Below, piece by piece: positions 48,612-62,105 of a stretch of 64,000 bases of DNA (position 1 is the first letter of the stretch; each line of letters begins with the position of its first letter). The notes beneath the pieces were generated by a model. It worked only from the letters and a program-made list of their open reading frames with translations. It was not told the origin of the DNA and did no database searches. Source of the DNA: Octopus bimaculoides (taxonomy: Eukaryota); assembly GCF_001194135.2 (NCBI RefSeq), contig NC_068981.1, positions 113,300,222 through 113,364,221 on the forward strand, read 5' to 3'. The position numbers and the translations under genes were made by a program.

Positions 48612-49709
48612 TGTTACGAACGCCTGCACGCGAAGCACCTCGACGAAGAGAGAACTCGTGCGTGCGTGAACGTCGACGCCCAGTGAGTCGGGATGTTCAT
48701 CACGACTAAGCCCAGGCCGGAGCACGTAATGATGACAACAGGCAAAAGGAGGAGGAAGAAATAACACGGAGACCATATGTTGGGTAGCGGAACTAACTTT
48801 TTTTCTTTCTTTTCACATCAAACAAAACATCAGAATAAAACATTGCATAACAATTCAAATAACGTTTAACAAAGGTTTCAGAACATTGCATAATCACAAG
48901 TTTACAATCAAGAGTTCGTACATCAAGTCCATTAAAAGTTCTTTCACTTCTTTGTTTTTCTATTCCATTAACAACATGTCACAAAGTTCTTTCTTTTCTT
49001 TTCTTTTAAGTTAACATCACAGTTAACAGTTCTTTTAACACATGTAACGACGAAGTACATTTTAAAGAATATTTGAACAAACCTTCACCGTAATAATTTC
49101 CTTTCTTTCAAAACTCCTACTATAATCCAAGAAGTAGTGACCAACTGACTACTACGATCTTTTGGCTGCCACACAGTCCCATCTCTCTGTCCCTCTCTCT
49201 CATTGCTTCAGTCCCTATCGGCTGACTGGTTCCTTTCTGACCATAGGCTCTCTCTTTCTCAGCCTCTGTCTGTCAGTCTCTCTGTTCATCTTGGTTGGCT
49301 GCTAGCCTTCACATCAACTGCTGGACATTTTCACTGGCTGATATTCTTCATCCAACTACAGGACATCTTCACTTCATCCAACTCCCTGGCCAACTGCTCG
49401 ATGCCAACTGCTGCGGCCAACTCCTGTACCCAACTGCTTCATGCCCACTCCTCTGGCCAACCGTTCGTGCCAATTCTTTGTTTATCACAAATACCTTAGC
49501 TTTACAGTGCTACCTTACCCCCTCCCAAAGCTGGGTCAGTCCAGTACAATTCCTCACTTGTTTTTCTGAACTTTTGGTGACCGGAAAGGGTCACCGATCA
49601 CTCCTACGCTAAAAATAGCTGTACTTGTTCACAAGACAAAGGAAATACCATTATCCTCAACAACCAGAATACGGTTTCAAAACCCAGCTCGGGAGATAGG
49701 GATATAACA
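48612..49709. mobile_element. Solo-LTR-like element, CpG-rich at the left end
   Basis: Begins TGTTAC, ends TAACA; no coding content; no matching TSD (catat vs ttaat). Confidence 0.45.
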
Positions 49710-49742
49710 TTAATTTGTATTTTCGGTGGTCGCATCAATATA

Positions 49743-50567
49743 TATTGGGTTATCTCATAAATAATGCAGTTTTTTCAATTGCATGAACTAAAATTTGGAA
49801 GGGTTCTGGACAAACTACCTGCATCAACTTGCTACAAAAGCAGGTAATAATTTTACCTTGTACTTATTCTTAGTGCAAATTTCAATTTCAACAGTTATTT
49901 TTTCAAAGTTACAATGGAAGTGACAAAGGAGCATATTCGACATACTTTGCTTTATGAGTTCACTAAAGATAACAACATTACGGAAAGTGCAAGGAATATT
50001 AATGCAATATATGGGGATCAGACAAGAAACATAAGCCAGTGTCAGCGGTGGTTCCAGAAATACTGAGCTGGAAACTACAGCCTAGAAAGTGAGCCTCATC
50101 CTGGAACATCTGTAGAGCTTGACGTGAACGTCCTGCAAATCCTGGTGGAACAAAATCCCATTGTAACTGTTGAAGAAGTAGCAGAGAAGCTTGGATTTGG
50201 TCATTCAACCATTTATCAACTACTGCGTGCCATCGGAAAAGTCAGTAAATTGGGTCAATGGACTTCTCTCACACTTTCTGAGTCTGATGCTTGGCCACAT
50301 ACAGTGATGATGACATCTCAAAGGCTGGAGAGTTTGAATGGGAAACAATGCCCCACCCATAATATTCACCAGACATTTCCCCGTCTGATTATTCTGCAGT
50401 CTTCAAAATCATTTGGATGGAAAAAAAACATGAATTCTGTAGACAAAGTCAGAACAGTACTGGAGGAATATTTATCAACATATACAAGTGAAAATGAAGG
50501 AGAGTGTATGATTTTGAAAAATAAACGAATTATAAAAATACTGCATTATTTCTGGGATGATGCAATA
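49743..50567 (+). mobile_element. Mariner, same family as 5490-6584, internally deleted
   Basis: Near-identical TIR and N-terminal sequence (EEVAEKLGFGHSTI). Confidence 0.88.
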
Positions 50568-50702
50568 TATATATATAAGAAATAACCAAGGTTCAGTTGA
50601 ATTAGGTACTTAAGTTGAGGCACTAAGTCAGTTCAATATGTTCACACAGCTTCAACTTAGGTGAATAAAAAGCAAATAAGTAACAAGGATGCCCAGGTAC
50701 TA

Positions 50703-50793
50703 GCACATTATGGCTGTTTCAAGCAGCTCTATTTAATCAATCAATGCAAGCATTACATCAATTTGAAATACACTGCTCTCCTCGGTGCATAAG
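50703..50793 (-). ncRNA. Decayed hammerhead-like motif
   Basis: Minus strand CCGAGGA GAGCAG...CTGCTT GAAAC AGCCA TA; core U4>C and stem III damaged. Confidence 0.4.
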
Positions 50794-51867
50794 ACCATAT
50801 AGGTTTTCAACATACAGGATACTCCATTGTAATTTTTTAGCAAATTTTTCATCAGAACTAAAGAATAAAAGAATTACAATGCTTACTGCTACTGTTGTAG
50901 TAGACTGAACTTAGGGAGAAAATACTTAAAGCCTACTATAATTTAGAGTGGCAGAAGAAAATAACGGTGGGGGTCAAGAAACAGTAGTGGTGATATAGCT
51001 ACATTCATCTTTATCCTTATCACAATCAAAGGATCCAATACAGCAAGTACTCTACATCCCCTTAGAATTAAAAACCATTGGGAATTGACTGTTAAGCTCT
51101 TGCTGCTGGTGATAAATTAATTAATGTCAGATACTCTTCCCTACCCCATCTTACTGTGACTATAAATTCACCATGTCTACATAAAAGAACATACCTCAGA
51201 AGATGCTAGCAAGATAATGGTATTTAGGTGATAACCAGAAAGAGGAAGTGCAGGGGTGATTTAAAGTATATTATGATTATCAATTAAAAGGGGCCAAAAA
51301 TAGAAAACAAAGGATATCATAATGAGATCTAAGTGGGTATTTAGGGTACAGTGGGGAAATGTATATCCAAATTCTGCAAAATTTATATATTATTATTAAT
51401 TTATTATCACATTTTGTATATTAAATCATAAAATTTAGAAAGGGATTTAAGGACCAAGCAAGAAAAGAAGGATAGATAAAACAGTTTGAGCCCTAAAAAA
51501 GGGGGGTACTTTTATATAAAATAGAAATCTTATAATGCTTCATCCTAGCATACCATTAATGTGATCTTGATAAAACTATTCAACATTGAATCCATAATTA
51601 AATTCAGATTTCATCTGAGAAGGGGTACACATTTTCTATTGACTGAAAACCAAAGATTAAGTTCTAAAAAAGGTAAGCAATTCTATAAGCGATAAACTTA
51701 TTTAAAGGAACCTTGGAAAAATATAATTATATAAAAATTTCCACTATTATGAAAAAAATCTTAAAGCATATATATAAGAAAGTATAAAAATACCACACAT
51801 ATATACATAAAAATATCACATACATATATATATATATATATATATTTAAAAAATAAATACCATATTC

Positions 51868-53700
51868 CTCATCGTCGTCGTCGTCGTTTAACATTCACTT
51901 TCCATGCTGGCCTGAGTTGAATGGTTTGAATGAGAGCTGGCAAGCCAGACGGCTGTACCAGGCTCCAATCTGATCTGGCAGTTTCTACAGCAGGATGCCC
52001 TTCCTAATGCCAACCACTCCGAGAGTGTAGTGGGTGCTTTTTATGCACTACCGGCATAACTTCCAGTCAGGCGGTACTGGCATCAACCACGCTTGAATGG
52101 TGCTGGCAACAATCACGCTCGAATGGTGCCTTTTACGTGCCACTGGCACAAGTGCCTATCAGGTGGTAATGTCATCACCCATAACAATGACTTCACTTGA
52201 CTCAACAGGTCTTCACAAGTGCAGTTTATTGCCCAATGGTTGAAGGGTACTCTTAAATGGGCCTGTTATGCTGCACAAGCTTAGGTCACGGTTACATTCT
52301 CACTTTGCTTGCCAGGTCTTCTCAAGCACAGCATATCTCCAAAGGTCTTGGTCACTCATCATTGCCTCCATGTGGCCCAATGTTCGAAGGTCATACTTCA
52401 GCACATCATCCCAGGTCTTCCTGCATCTACCTCTTCCACAGGTTTCCTCTTCTGCTAGGGAGTGACACTTTTTCACACAGCTGCCCTCATCCATATGCAA
52501 CACATGACCATACAAGCACAGTCGTCTCTTGCATACCACATCTGATGCTTATGTCCAACTTTTCTCTCAGAGCACTTACACTCTGTTGTGTATGCACACT
52601 GACATTACACATCTAGCAGAGCATACTAAATTCATTTCTTGCAAGCTGTCCTCATCAAGCACAGCTCATGTTTCACTGCCACGTAGCATGACTGTCCACA
52701 CACATGCATCATAAAGTCTACGTTTTACTCTAAGCAAGAGGCTCTTTGTCACCAGCAGAGGCACGAGCTCTCTGAATTTTGCCCTGGCTATTCTTATTCT
52801 AGCTGCTACTCTCTAAGAGCATCCACCCCCGCTACTGACATGGTCACCTAGGTAACGGAAGCTATCGACTACATGTAATATTCCCCCCTGGAATGTGACG
52901 GAAGCTGTTTTCTGCTACCTTCCCAGTTAGCCTCCCTTTGATACTGCTGCACCTCTTAAGTGCCCATAACTTACACCAGGTACATCTTATGGAGTTTCTA
53001 CCTACACCTTTTCAACAGTTCGAACAGAGCTATCTACCTGAAGGGATTTGGGATTTGTCTGCCTTCCTACTTGTTAAGACTTTGGTTTTTGCTGGATTGA
53101 GTCTAAGGCCCTTCGATTCTAGACCTTGCTTCCATATCTGAAACTCCTCTAGTTCTGATAGGTCATCATCATTGAGAAGCTCCCAGGGGCATCCTGTCTT
53201 GAATTCCTCTGTTATTGCCTGGAGGGCTTTGATGAATAAGAGGGGAGTGAGGACTGATCCTTGGTGGACTCCTACCCAGAATTCTTCACTGTACTTGTTT
53301 CCAACCCTGACCTTACTGACAGCATCCCTGTACATGGCTTGTCCAGCTCCCACTAACCACTCATCTATCCCTAGTTTCCGCATTGACCACCAGATAAGGG
53401 ATCGGGGAACCCTGTAAAAGGCTTTCTCCATGTCTTACCAGAAATATAGCATCAGTGGTGCTGCTTCTCCATGGCACAAAACCAAACTGCATCTCATCTA
53501 TACTAACTCTCTTTCTAATTAGTTGGGTTATGACCTTCTCCATGACTTTCATCACTTGATTCCTTCAAGTACCATCTGATTAATTATATGGGTGACTAGA
53601 CCACCAAATATTTTAAGCATCTCAGCAGCCATTCCTAGCGGGCCACAGGCTTTCTATGTCTTCATATACTTCATGGCTTTGTCTAGAATGCTACTATCCA
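51868..53700 (-). mobile_element. RTE LINE 3' half (RT plus UTR), decayed
   Basis: MQFGF, EKAFYRVPR, VGVHQGSVLTPLLF, RLCLYGHVLHM; (GAC/GAT)n tail. Confidence 0.9.
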
Positions 53701-55559
53701 CTTGGATTGCTGGTCCCTGGGCAGATGGTGAAGGCATTCCATCTAGGAGAGGGAAACTCTGATATAAAACCAGGTCTTTGGTTGCTGAGGGTCTCCTTAA
53801 CAGGGCTGTACCATCAGCAAACTCTGACTAGGGTAGACTAGGTTCTCCAACTTGTTTATAGCAGCTCATCTAGGAAATGGAAACCTCTGAGGAAAAAGCC
53901 TGAGGTATGTTGTTCTTGGTATTGTGGCAAGTATGCACACCATATTCTTGCTATCATTACTTCCAAAAAGTGTGGCTGGTTCTACACAAGTCTTCAACAC
54001 TCACATCAAATCATATATGTGGGTTTTCTGACAAATTACATTTATTCATTCAATATGACAGCTTCAACTTGCAAAATTCAAAAAGTCCTCTGACAAGAGA
54101 GTGAAAGTGGCAGGGACAGGTAAAGGACATCACTGGAAGTCTCTTGCTGGATCTCTACACAGTCGGCAACCATTGGGTGATGGCCATTCCAGCACCGAAC
54201 TTGTGAGTAATTGCACTGCCCATGTCCTCCAGTGGTGACAAGGCAGGTCTATTTAGACACAGCACTGCTTTCCCCAACAGGGGGAGGGGTAAGGAAACAA
54301 ACCCCAAACATTGCTTACTCACCTTAATCTTGGCAGCCCACTGCAGCTGTCTGGTTATTCAGTAATGCAGCCAAAACATGAAAAAAATCTAAGAATATTA
54401 ACCTTGGTTCTTGGAATGTGCATACTCTCCAAAATAGTCACTTGACACCAAAACAAAAAAATAGCACTGGTTGTCCTTGAACTAAAGAAATGCAACATTG
54501 ACATCGCTGCACTCAGTGAAACTTGTCTTGCAGGATCATCACAGTTTGAAGAAAGTAAAGGTGGATACATATTTTTCTGGTGTGGAAGAAATGAAGACAA
54601 GCCACGCCACTCTAGTGATGGTTTTACCATCAAAACAGAAATAGCTAGATCCCTTCTTTCTCTACCCAAAGATATTTCTGATCGCATTATGACACTAACA
54701 TTGAAACTCGATCATAACATTTGAGCTATGCTTGTCAGTTGCTATGCCCCAACCATGGCCAGCACTGATCAGGAAAAGGATGAATTTTACAACCAACTCC
54801 GTGATGTCATCTCCAATTGTCACCATAGGGATAAACTTAATATAACCTGGATGCATCCTAGATCTAAGGATTGACATCTCATAGACTATGATATCACTAA
54901 GAAACGAGGTACATTACACATTCCTTTCATAGCACCTGCTACCTCTCTGACTATTCTCTTCTCTGTAGTAAGGCTACACTCCATCTGAAACACACAAGAC
55001 TACAAAAGTCATCAGTGCCTAAGCACATTAATGTTCTGCCTTTGAAAACTGCTGAAAACTAGGCTGAGCTCTCTATCAAGTTGGCCACTGCACTCAACAC
55101 TGTTGATATCAATGATGACATAGAATCATCTTGGAAGGCTCTGTTTGATACAACACACTCTACATCTGTAGAGGTTCTTGGACTTCCTATTCATACACAT
55201 CAAGATTGGTTCACAGATGTCCAACAATTTATAGATAAAATGCACAGCTCTCACAAAACATGGATAAATGATAAGAAAAGAGAATACCTACAAGAAATGC
55301 ACAGGCCAGGTCCAAAGTGCTTTGAGACAGATGAAAGAGGCTTGGTGATCTTTCAAGGCTACTGAACTCCTAAAAGCTGCAAACAGAAAGGATTCTAAAA
55401 CCTTTTATGACGGCCTCAAGAAAGTGTATGGTCCTCAATAGCATGGTGTTATTCCTATTTTCTTCAAACAGAAAGACACTGTTGACTGACAAATCTGACA
55501 TTCACTCTGCCAGAAATTTGGAAACAACATGCTGTACTGCTTGGCATTCATGTAGGAAG

Positions 55560-55785
55560 CTCCAATACAAACATGTACCATTACAAACTTGTACCGAGAG
55601 TGATACAAATCAAAAATCCAATCAACATCATGGTGTTTGGAGTGATCACTAATGTTGACATTATGCCTCCATTCATCTTTCCACATGGCCTTGGACTCAA
55701 CACGGAGGCTTACATCAAGTGCCTGGAGGAGGTAGTGCTGCCCTGGGTTAAGAGGGTGGCTGCTGGAAGACCCTATGTCTGACAA
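55560..55785 (+). mobile_element. Tc1/mariner-superfamily (maT-like) DDE-domain fragment
   Basis: IMVFGVIT...MPPFIFPHGLGLNTEAYIKCLEEVVLPWVKRVAAGRPYV. Confidence 0.65.
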
Positions 55786-55789
55786 CAGG

Positions 55790-56250
55790 TGTGGTGTGCA
55801 AGAGAGACGACTCTGCTCTCTTGGTCATGTGCTGTGTATGGGTGAGGAGAGCTATGTCAAGAAGTGTCACACCCTAACAGTGACAGGAACCTGTGGAAGA
55901 GGGATACCCAGGAAGACATGGGATAAGGTGGTGAAGTATGACTTTCAAACGTTAGGCCTCACAGAGGCAATGACAAAAGACCGAGACCTCTGGAGATATG
56001 CTGTGATTGAGAAAACCCAGCAAGTAAGGTGAGATCACAGCCATAGCCTACACCAGTGTTGCATCACCAACCCACTTAAAATGTACGTTTGGATCGTTGG
56101 GCAACATGCCATGCTTCAGGAGACCTGTTGAGTCAAGTAAATCAAAATCAAAATCAAATCAAATCACAATCAAATGGAAATTGTAGTTGTGGTTGATGCC
56201 AGTGCTGCCTGACTGGCTCCTGTGCTGGTGGCACGCAATATGCACCATTC
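55790..56250 (+). mobile_element. RTE LINE 3' end insertion
   Basis: QERRLCSLGHV...GRGIPRKTWDKV...DRDLWRYAV followed by UTR. Confidence 0.85.
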
Positions 56251-56739
56251 AGAAAGTAAGTGCTACTTCAGACCAAGACACTCAGCAATGAACATGTTAT
56301 TTTCTCTTTAACAGTGTCTCGAACAAAGTCAACCCCTATATGTGACATTTGTAGACCTAACTATGATGTTTCATACAATCGGTAGATCAGGATTGTACAT
56401 GGTTCTTTGCAAGATGCCCACCAACTTTTCTCCAACTTATCATGTCCTTCTGCTGTTGCTATTGTTATTGGTGTTGGCATTGTTGGTAGAGAGGACATCA
56501 TCGGTAGCAATGTTGGTACTGCTATAGCCATCGTTGTTGCTGTTGGAGCTGTTATCAGCATTCTATTGGTGATGGCTACTGTCATTGTGTCTGTTGAATA
56601 TTCATCCATACCTAACTGACTATGTAAAGTGCTTATCTACTAGCCTAAGAAACCTACACCCATTTTTTCCTTGAGGAGGAAGAGGGGCAGAAGCAAACCA
56701 AATTATATTTTGGCAGCTCTTCCTTCTGTGGATGTTAGG

Positions 56740-58060
56740 TGGGATTTGCCTGTCATTGCCTCTGTGAGGCCCAAGATTCAAAAGTCATGCTTCATCACCT
56801 CATCCCATGGCCACAGCTACGATTTTGGTCTTCTCAAGCATATCATATTGTCCAAAGCATCAAGGGTACTCTTAAATGGGCTGGACATGCAACACTGGCA
56901 TCGGCCATGACTGTGATCTCACTTTAGTTGCCAGGTCTTCTCAATCACAGAATATCTTCAAAGGTCTTGCCTGTCATTACCTCTGTGAGGCCCAAGATTC
57001 AAAAGTCATGCTTCATCACCTCATCCCATGTCTTCCTGAGTCTACCACTTCCACAGTTAGGGTGTGACACTTCATCACACAGCTGTCCTCATCCATACAT
57101 AACACGTAACCACACCAGCACAATCATCTCACTTGCACACCACATTTGATACTTCTTATGTCCAACTTTTCTCTCATTCTTTCAAGCCTATGTTTGTCCT
57201 CAGCAGTCATGGCCCATGTTTCACTGCTGTGTAACATGGCAGTTCACACGTATGCATCATACAGTCTACCTTTCATCCTGAGCAAGAGGCCCTCAGTTGC
57301 CAGCAGAGGTAGGAGCTCCCTGAACTTGCCCAGGCTATTCTTATTCTAGCCGCTACACTTTCAGAGCAACCACCGCCACTACAGACTTGGTCGCCTAGGT
57401 AACAGAAGCTATCAACTACTTCTAGTTTTTCCCCCTGGCATGTAATGGAATCTGTTTTCTGTACATCTTCAGTGTTTATTGCCCTTGTGCATCTGCCACA
57501 CACAAAAACTATCTTCCTGGTTAACCTTCCTTTGATATGCACCAGGTACATCGTATGGAGTTTCTATCTATGCCTTTTCTACAGATCAAGCAGGGCCATC
57601 TACCTGAAGGGGTTTGTGATTTGTCTGGCTTCCTACTTACTAAGACTTTGGTTTTAGCTAGGTTAACCCTAAAGCTCTTCGATTCTAGACCTTGCTTCCA
57701 CACCCTAAACTTCGTCGTTAGTTCTGGCAGTGACTCGGCTACTAGAGCAAGGTCATCAGCATAGGGTAGCCTGTCTTGAATTCCTCTGCTATTGCATGGA
57801 GGACTATGATGAATAAGAGGGAGCTAAGGACTGATCCTTGATGAACCCTTACTTTAACCCATAATTCTTCCCTATACTCATTGCCAACCCTCGCCTTACT
57901 GACAGCATCCCTGTGCAGGGCTTGTACAGCTCTTGCCAACCACTCGTCTATCCCCAGTTTCCACATTGACCACCAGATAAGGGATTAAGGGACCTTGTCA
58001 AAGGCTTTCTCCAAGTCAACAAAAACCAAGTACAGAGGTTTATCTCCTGAAGTTGCCTTA
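56740..58060 (-). mobile_element. RTE LINE RT/C-terminal fragment with ~220-bp internal duplication
   Basis: VDLEKAFD, HQGSVLSSLLF; block gcctgtcatt.cctctgtgaggcccaagattcaaaagtc present at ~56748 and ~56969. Confidence 0.85.
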
Positions 58061-58069
58061 CCAGTAATA

Positions 58070-59410
58070 TAGCATCATGTTGCAAACTTCAAATTACCAA
58101 GCAACTTGCAAAGATTCCATGATGATATAGAATGTATCAACCTTTACCCAAACAGTCTATGGGAAGATTTCAAAACAAAAGTATTTCAGGCTGTAAGTTC
58201 ATCAATGGGATTTAAATCATGTGAGTTCAGTGACTGGTTCTCAGATAAATCAGCAGAAATTCATGATCTACAACAAAACTTAGGCAATATACTTCTTTCT
58301 CAGTCCTTGAACTCCAACTCAGAAAACTGAAAGGGAAAGTGCTGACTGCTCTAAGAAAAATTAAACAGGAATGGTGGAATGATAGAGCAAAAGGGGCACA
58401 AGAAGTAGTTGATTGAAATGATAGCAAGGGTTTGTATGGCTCAAAATCTTCTTCAATAGTTCCAGTGAGAACAGCAAATGGACGTTTGCTTCTGACTGAC
58501 ACTGCTTTTATTCATAAGCACTGGGTAGAACATTTTTCTGGGACTTTTGAATAGATCATCATCTGCTGACAGGAGGATGATAGAAAAAATCGAACACCTT
58601 CCAGTTATAGAAGAGATGGCATTTAAACCAACTCTAAATAGCATTTATTTAGCTGTGAATAAGCTGAATAACAATAAGTCTCCAGGGTCTGATGGAATCT
58701 GTGCAGAAGTCTTGAAATATGGGGGTGACAAAATGCTTGAACTCTTAAATATATTAATTTGTCACTGTTGGAGAACTGAGAAAGTGCCTCAAGACTGGAT
58801 TGATGCCATTTTAGTCTCCTTGTATAAAGCAGGGCCAAAGGATCTGTGTGGTAATTTTCGTGGGATTTCACTTTTGCCTCTGTTAGAACGTTTAAATACC
58901 TTCATAGTTTCAAATATGGTGTCTGAGTCTCAGTGTGGTTTTCACTCCTTCAGAGGCACAGCTGATTGTGTCTTACTATCAAACAATTAAAAGAAAAGTG
59001 CATTGAACAGAATCTAGCCCTTTACCATTGCTTTGTTGATTTGAGCAAAACATTTGATACTGTTAATTGAAATGCTCTGTGGCTAATTCTAGCAAAAATA
59101 GGTTGCCCAGAAAAATTTGTAAACATGATCAGGGCTTTGCATCAAAATATGAAAGCTCGAGTTAGTTTTGGTGGTAGGCTCTCTGAATCTTTTGCCATGG
59201 AAAATGGAGTAAAGCAAGGAGACCTTGATGCACCCACCCTCTGCAATATATTTTGCTGTTGTGTTGTCACATGCTTTTGAAAACTCTGAGGAGGGTATTT
59301 ACATAAAATATCAAACAACAGGGAATGTTTTTAATCTGACCAGACTGAAATTCAAAATGACACTTTTTACTTCAGTCATTAGAGAACTCTTATATGCTGA
59401 TGATTGTGAT
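58070..59410 (+). mobile_element. RTE-clade LINE RT domain, decayed
   Basis: NKSPGSDGI, NFRGISLL, QCGF, CFVDLSKTFD, GVKQG, LLYADD. Confidence 0.88.
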
Positions 59411-59668
59411 GTCCACTTTCCATGCTAGCTTGGGCTGGACGGTTTGACTAAGAACTGGCAAGCCAGGAGGCTGCACCAGGCTCCATTCTGATTTGACAAA
59501 GTTTCTACAGATGGATGCCCTTCCTAATGCCAACTACTCTGAGAGTATTGTGGGTGCTTTTACATCCCACTAGCATAGGAGCCAGTCTGGCAGTACCGGC
59601 ATCGGCCATGCTTGAATGGTGCTTTTTACATGCCACCAGTATGGGTGCCGCCAGTCAGGCAGCACGAG
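59405..59668 (-). mobile_element. RTE LINE 3' UTR fragment
   Basis: Reverse complement of the shared tail plus two ~66-bp units. Confidence 0.8.
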
Positions 59669-60139
59669 CATTGATATATGTATATCTACATATATACATA
59701 CGCATATATATACATATGCATTATGTGGGCGATATTCTCAACTGAGACATTATAACTGTCTCTGATTCTTCAAGTGCTTCAATTCTGTGTATGTGCATAT
59801 ATTTACTAATTGATGATATTTATCAATGGTTTTTCTCATTATGTTGATGTGCTTTTTTATCATCAGTAAAACTGTCGACATTTTTGACAACACAGGTATG
59901 CTACTATATATATATATATNNNNNNNNNNNNNNNNNNNNNNNNNNNNNNNNNNNNNNNNNNNNNNNNNNNNNNNNNNNNNNNNNNNNNNNNNNNNNNNNN
60001 NNNNNNNNNNNNNNNNNNNNNNNNNNNNNNNNNNNNNNNNNNNNNNNNNNNNNNNNNNNNNNNNNNNNNNNNNNNNNNNNNNNNNNNNNNNNNNNNNNNN
60101 NNNNNNNNNNNNNNNNNNNNTTTATATATATATCAGAAT

Positions 60140-60570
60140 CTCAATGAAATCAAAATCAAAAATGGAAATTGTAGTTGTGGCTGATGCCAGTGTTGCCTGA
60201 CTGGCTCTCCTGCTGGTGGCACACAATAAGCACCATTCATGCGTGGGTCATTGCAAGTGGCATGTAAGAAGCATCATCCAAACGTGGTCGATGCCAGCCC
60301 CCCCCCCATCCCACTGGCTCTTGTGCTGGTAGCACGTAAAAAGCACCATCCAAACATGACTGATGCCAGTGCCACATAACTAGCTCCTGAGCTGGTGGCA
60401 TGTAAAAAGCACCCACTACACTCTGGGAGTGGTTGGCCTTAGGAAGGGCATCTAGCTGTAGCAGCATTAGAGCCTGGTGCGGCCTCCTGGCTTGCCAGTC
60501 CCCAGTCAAACCGTCCAACCCATGCCAGCATGGAAAATGGACGTTAAACAATGTTGATGATGATGATGAT
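60140..60570 (+). mobile_element. RTE LINE 3' UTR fragment
   Basis: Three to four UTR units and (GAT)n tail. Confidence 0.8.
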
Positions 60571-60874
60571 ATACACACACACACAACTATATATATATGT
60601 GTGTACGTTTGTCGATACATAAGAGTAAGATCCAGGGATCCAAGTGTAAGAAGTTAGTAAGCTTCAAGCAGTTTGTGGCAGGGAGAGAAAACAAAAAGTT
60701 TATAGTGTATGGTCAGGTACATAACAATTTATTGGTGTTGAAGGTTACACACTTTTTCCCCTATCAAATTTCCTTATTTAGGAAACTTGATAAACCAAAA
60801 ATTTCTGCTCACAACTAGAGTTGCTATGAATGCAAATAAAAAAATGAAGTGTGGGAGTGAAACTGGTAAAATCC

Positions 60875-60961
60875 ATGCTACATATGTTTCTTAGCTAGCT
60901 AATCTTCTGATGTAATAATTATTCAACGAGGCATATTCAGCTAAGCTATTCATCAGGCGAA
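60875..60961 (-). ncRNA. Type-I hammerhead-ribozyme motif with intact core
   Basis: Minus strand cgc CTGATGA a TAGCTTAGCT...AGCTAGCTA a GAAA CATATG TA gc; palindrome ACATATGT; stem I short. Confidence 0.68.
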
Positions 60962-61269
60962 GAATATTTTAATTACTTGGGAATCCCAAGTTAACTCACT
61001 ACAGTTCTGAGTTAAAATGAGTGGTGAAGCTGAAAGAACAAAATAAAAAACAAAGGTTTTAAGAAGCAAAACAATCAAATGCACACACCTGCACACTCTC
61101 ACATGCAAAGTGGAGAACATAAAGAGACCACAAAATAAAGGAAATATATTTTTAAAAAAAGCACTGAAAGGTAACAGTTATAGATATATAGAAGAATTTA
61201 AAGTAGAAGGGATATAAGAGGATTAGCTGGGGAATTATTGGGGTGAGACACTCATTTGTACCATAAGAA

Positions 61270-61545
61270 TATGTTGCATAATTTGTGTTTCCAATTTAGA
61301 ATAAAGTCACTTTGTTCATTAATGCATCCACTGCATTGTATAATAGATATGATTTCTGCAATGTAGAAGTTGCATTTGTTGTTATAACCACTATGCAGTT
61401 TGGCAATGGGTAACTATGGACCATTTTATACTGTATACAACTAAGTTATGTTTGAGGTTATGAATGAGTCTAGAATAGGAAGTACTGTTAGTTTTCACTT
61501 GAGATTTAAAGCTAGGGTAGTGATTACTAATTCTTGCCTTGATGA
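61270..61545 (-). mobile_element. Penelope-like GIY-YIG C-terminal remnant
   Basis: KARISNH..SFK...NST...LKH...YSIKWSI, then after a frameshift KCNF.IAEI..I...INEQSDFI...KHK. Confidence 0.65.
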
Positions 61546-61673
61546 TCAAGGCTGGCCTTAGGAGGTGCAGGGCCCAATCGGGAACAATTTTGGTGAGCCC
61601 CAGGTTCCCAATCAACTTGCACCAAGCTGTGTATATATGTGTATATTTATGTATGTGTGCATGTGTGTATGTA

Positions 61674-61711
<38 letters not shown>

Positions 61712-61754
61712 TGTGTATATGATGTATATGTGTGTATGTATGTGCATGTGTGTA

Positions 61755-62105
61755 TATTCTTTTACTTGTTTCAGTCATTTGATCGTGGCCATGCTGGAGA
61801 ACCACCTTTAGTTGAACAAATCAACCCCAGGACTTATTCTTTGTAAGCCTAGTACTTATTCTGTCAGTCTCTTTTGCCGAACCACTAGGTTATGGGGACA
61901 TAAGCACACCAGCATCGGTTGTCAAGCAATGTTAAGGGGATAAGTACAGACACACAAACACACACACACACACACATATACGACAGGCTTCTTTCAGTTT
62001 CCATCTACCAAATCCACTCACAAGGCTTTGGTTCCATGCAGTGGGACTGAACCCAGAACCATGTGGTTGGTAAGGAAGCTACTTACCACACAGTCACTCC
62101 TGCAC
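61755..62105 (-). mobile_element. SINE family A with small internal deletion
   Basis: Head, (CA)n core and tail align with 8660-9110. Confidence 0.8.

Larger units (their letters stand above)
53710..56420 (+). mobile_element. Second RTE-clade LINE (5' UTR, APE, RT start), interrupted by nested inserts
   Basis: NIDIAALSET, VSCYAPT...DQEKDEFY at 54400-54800; RT start YVTFVDL at ~56340. Confidence 0.75.
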
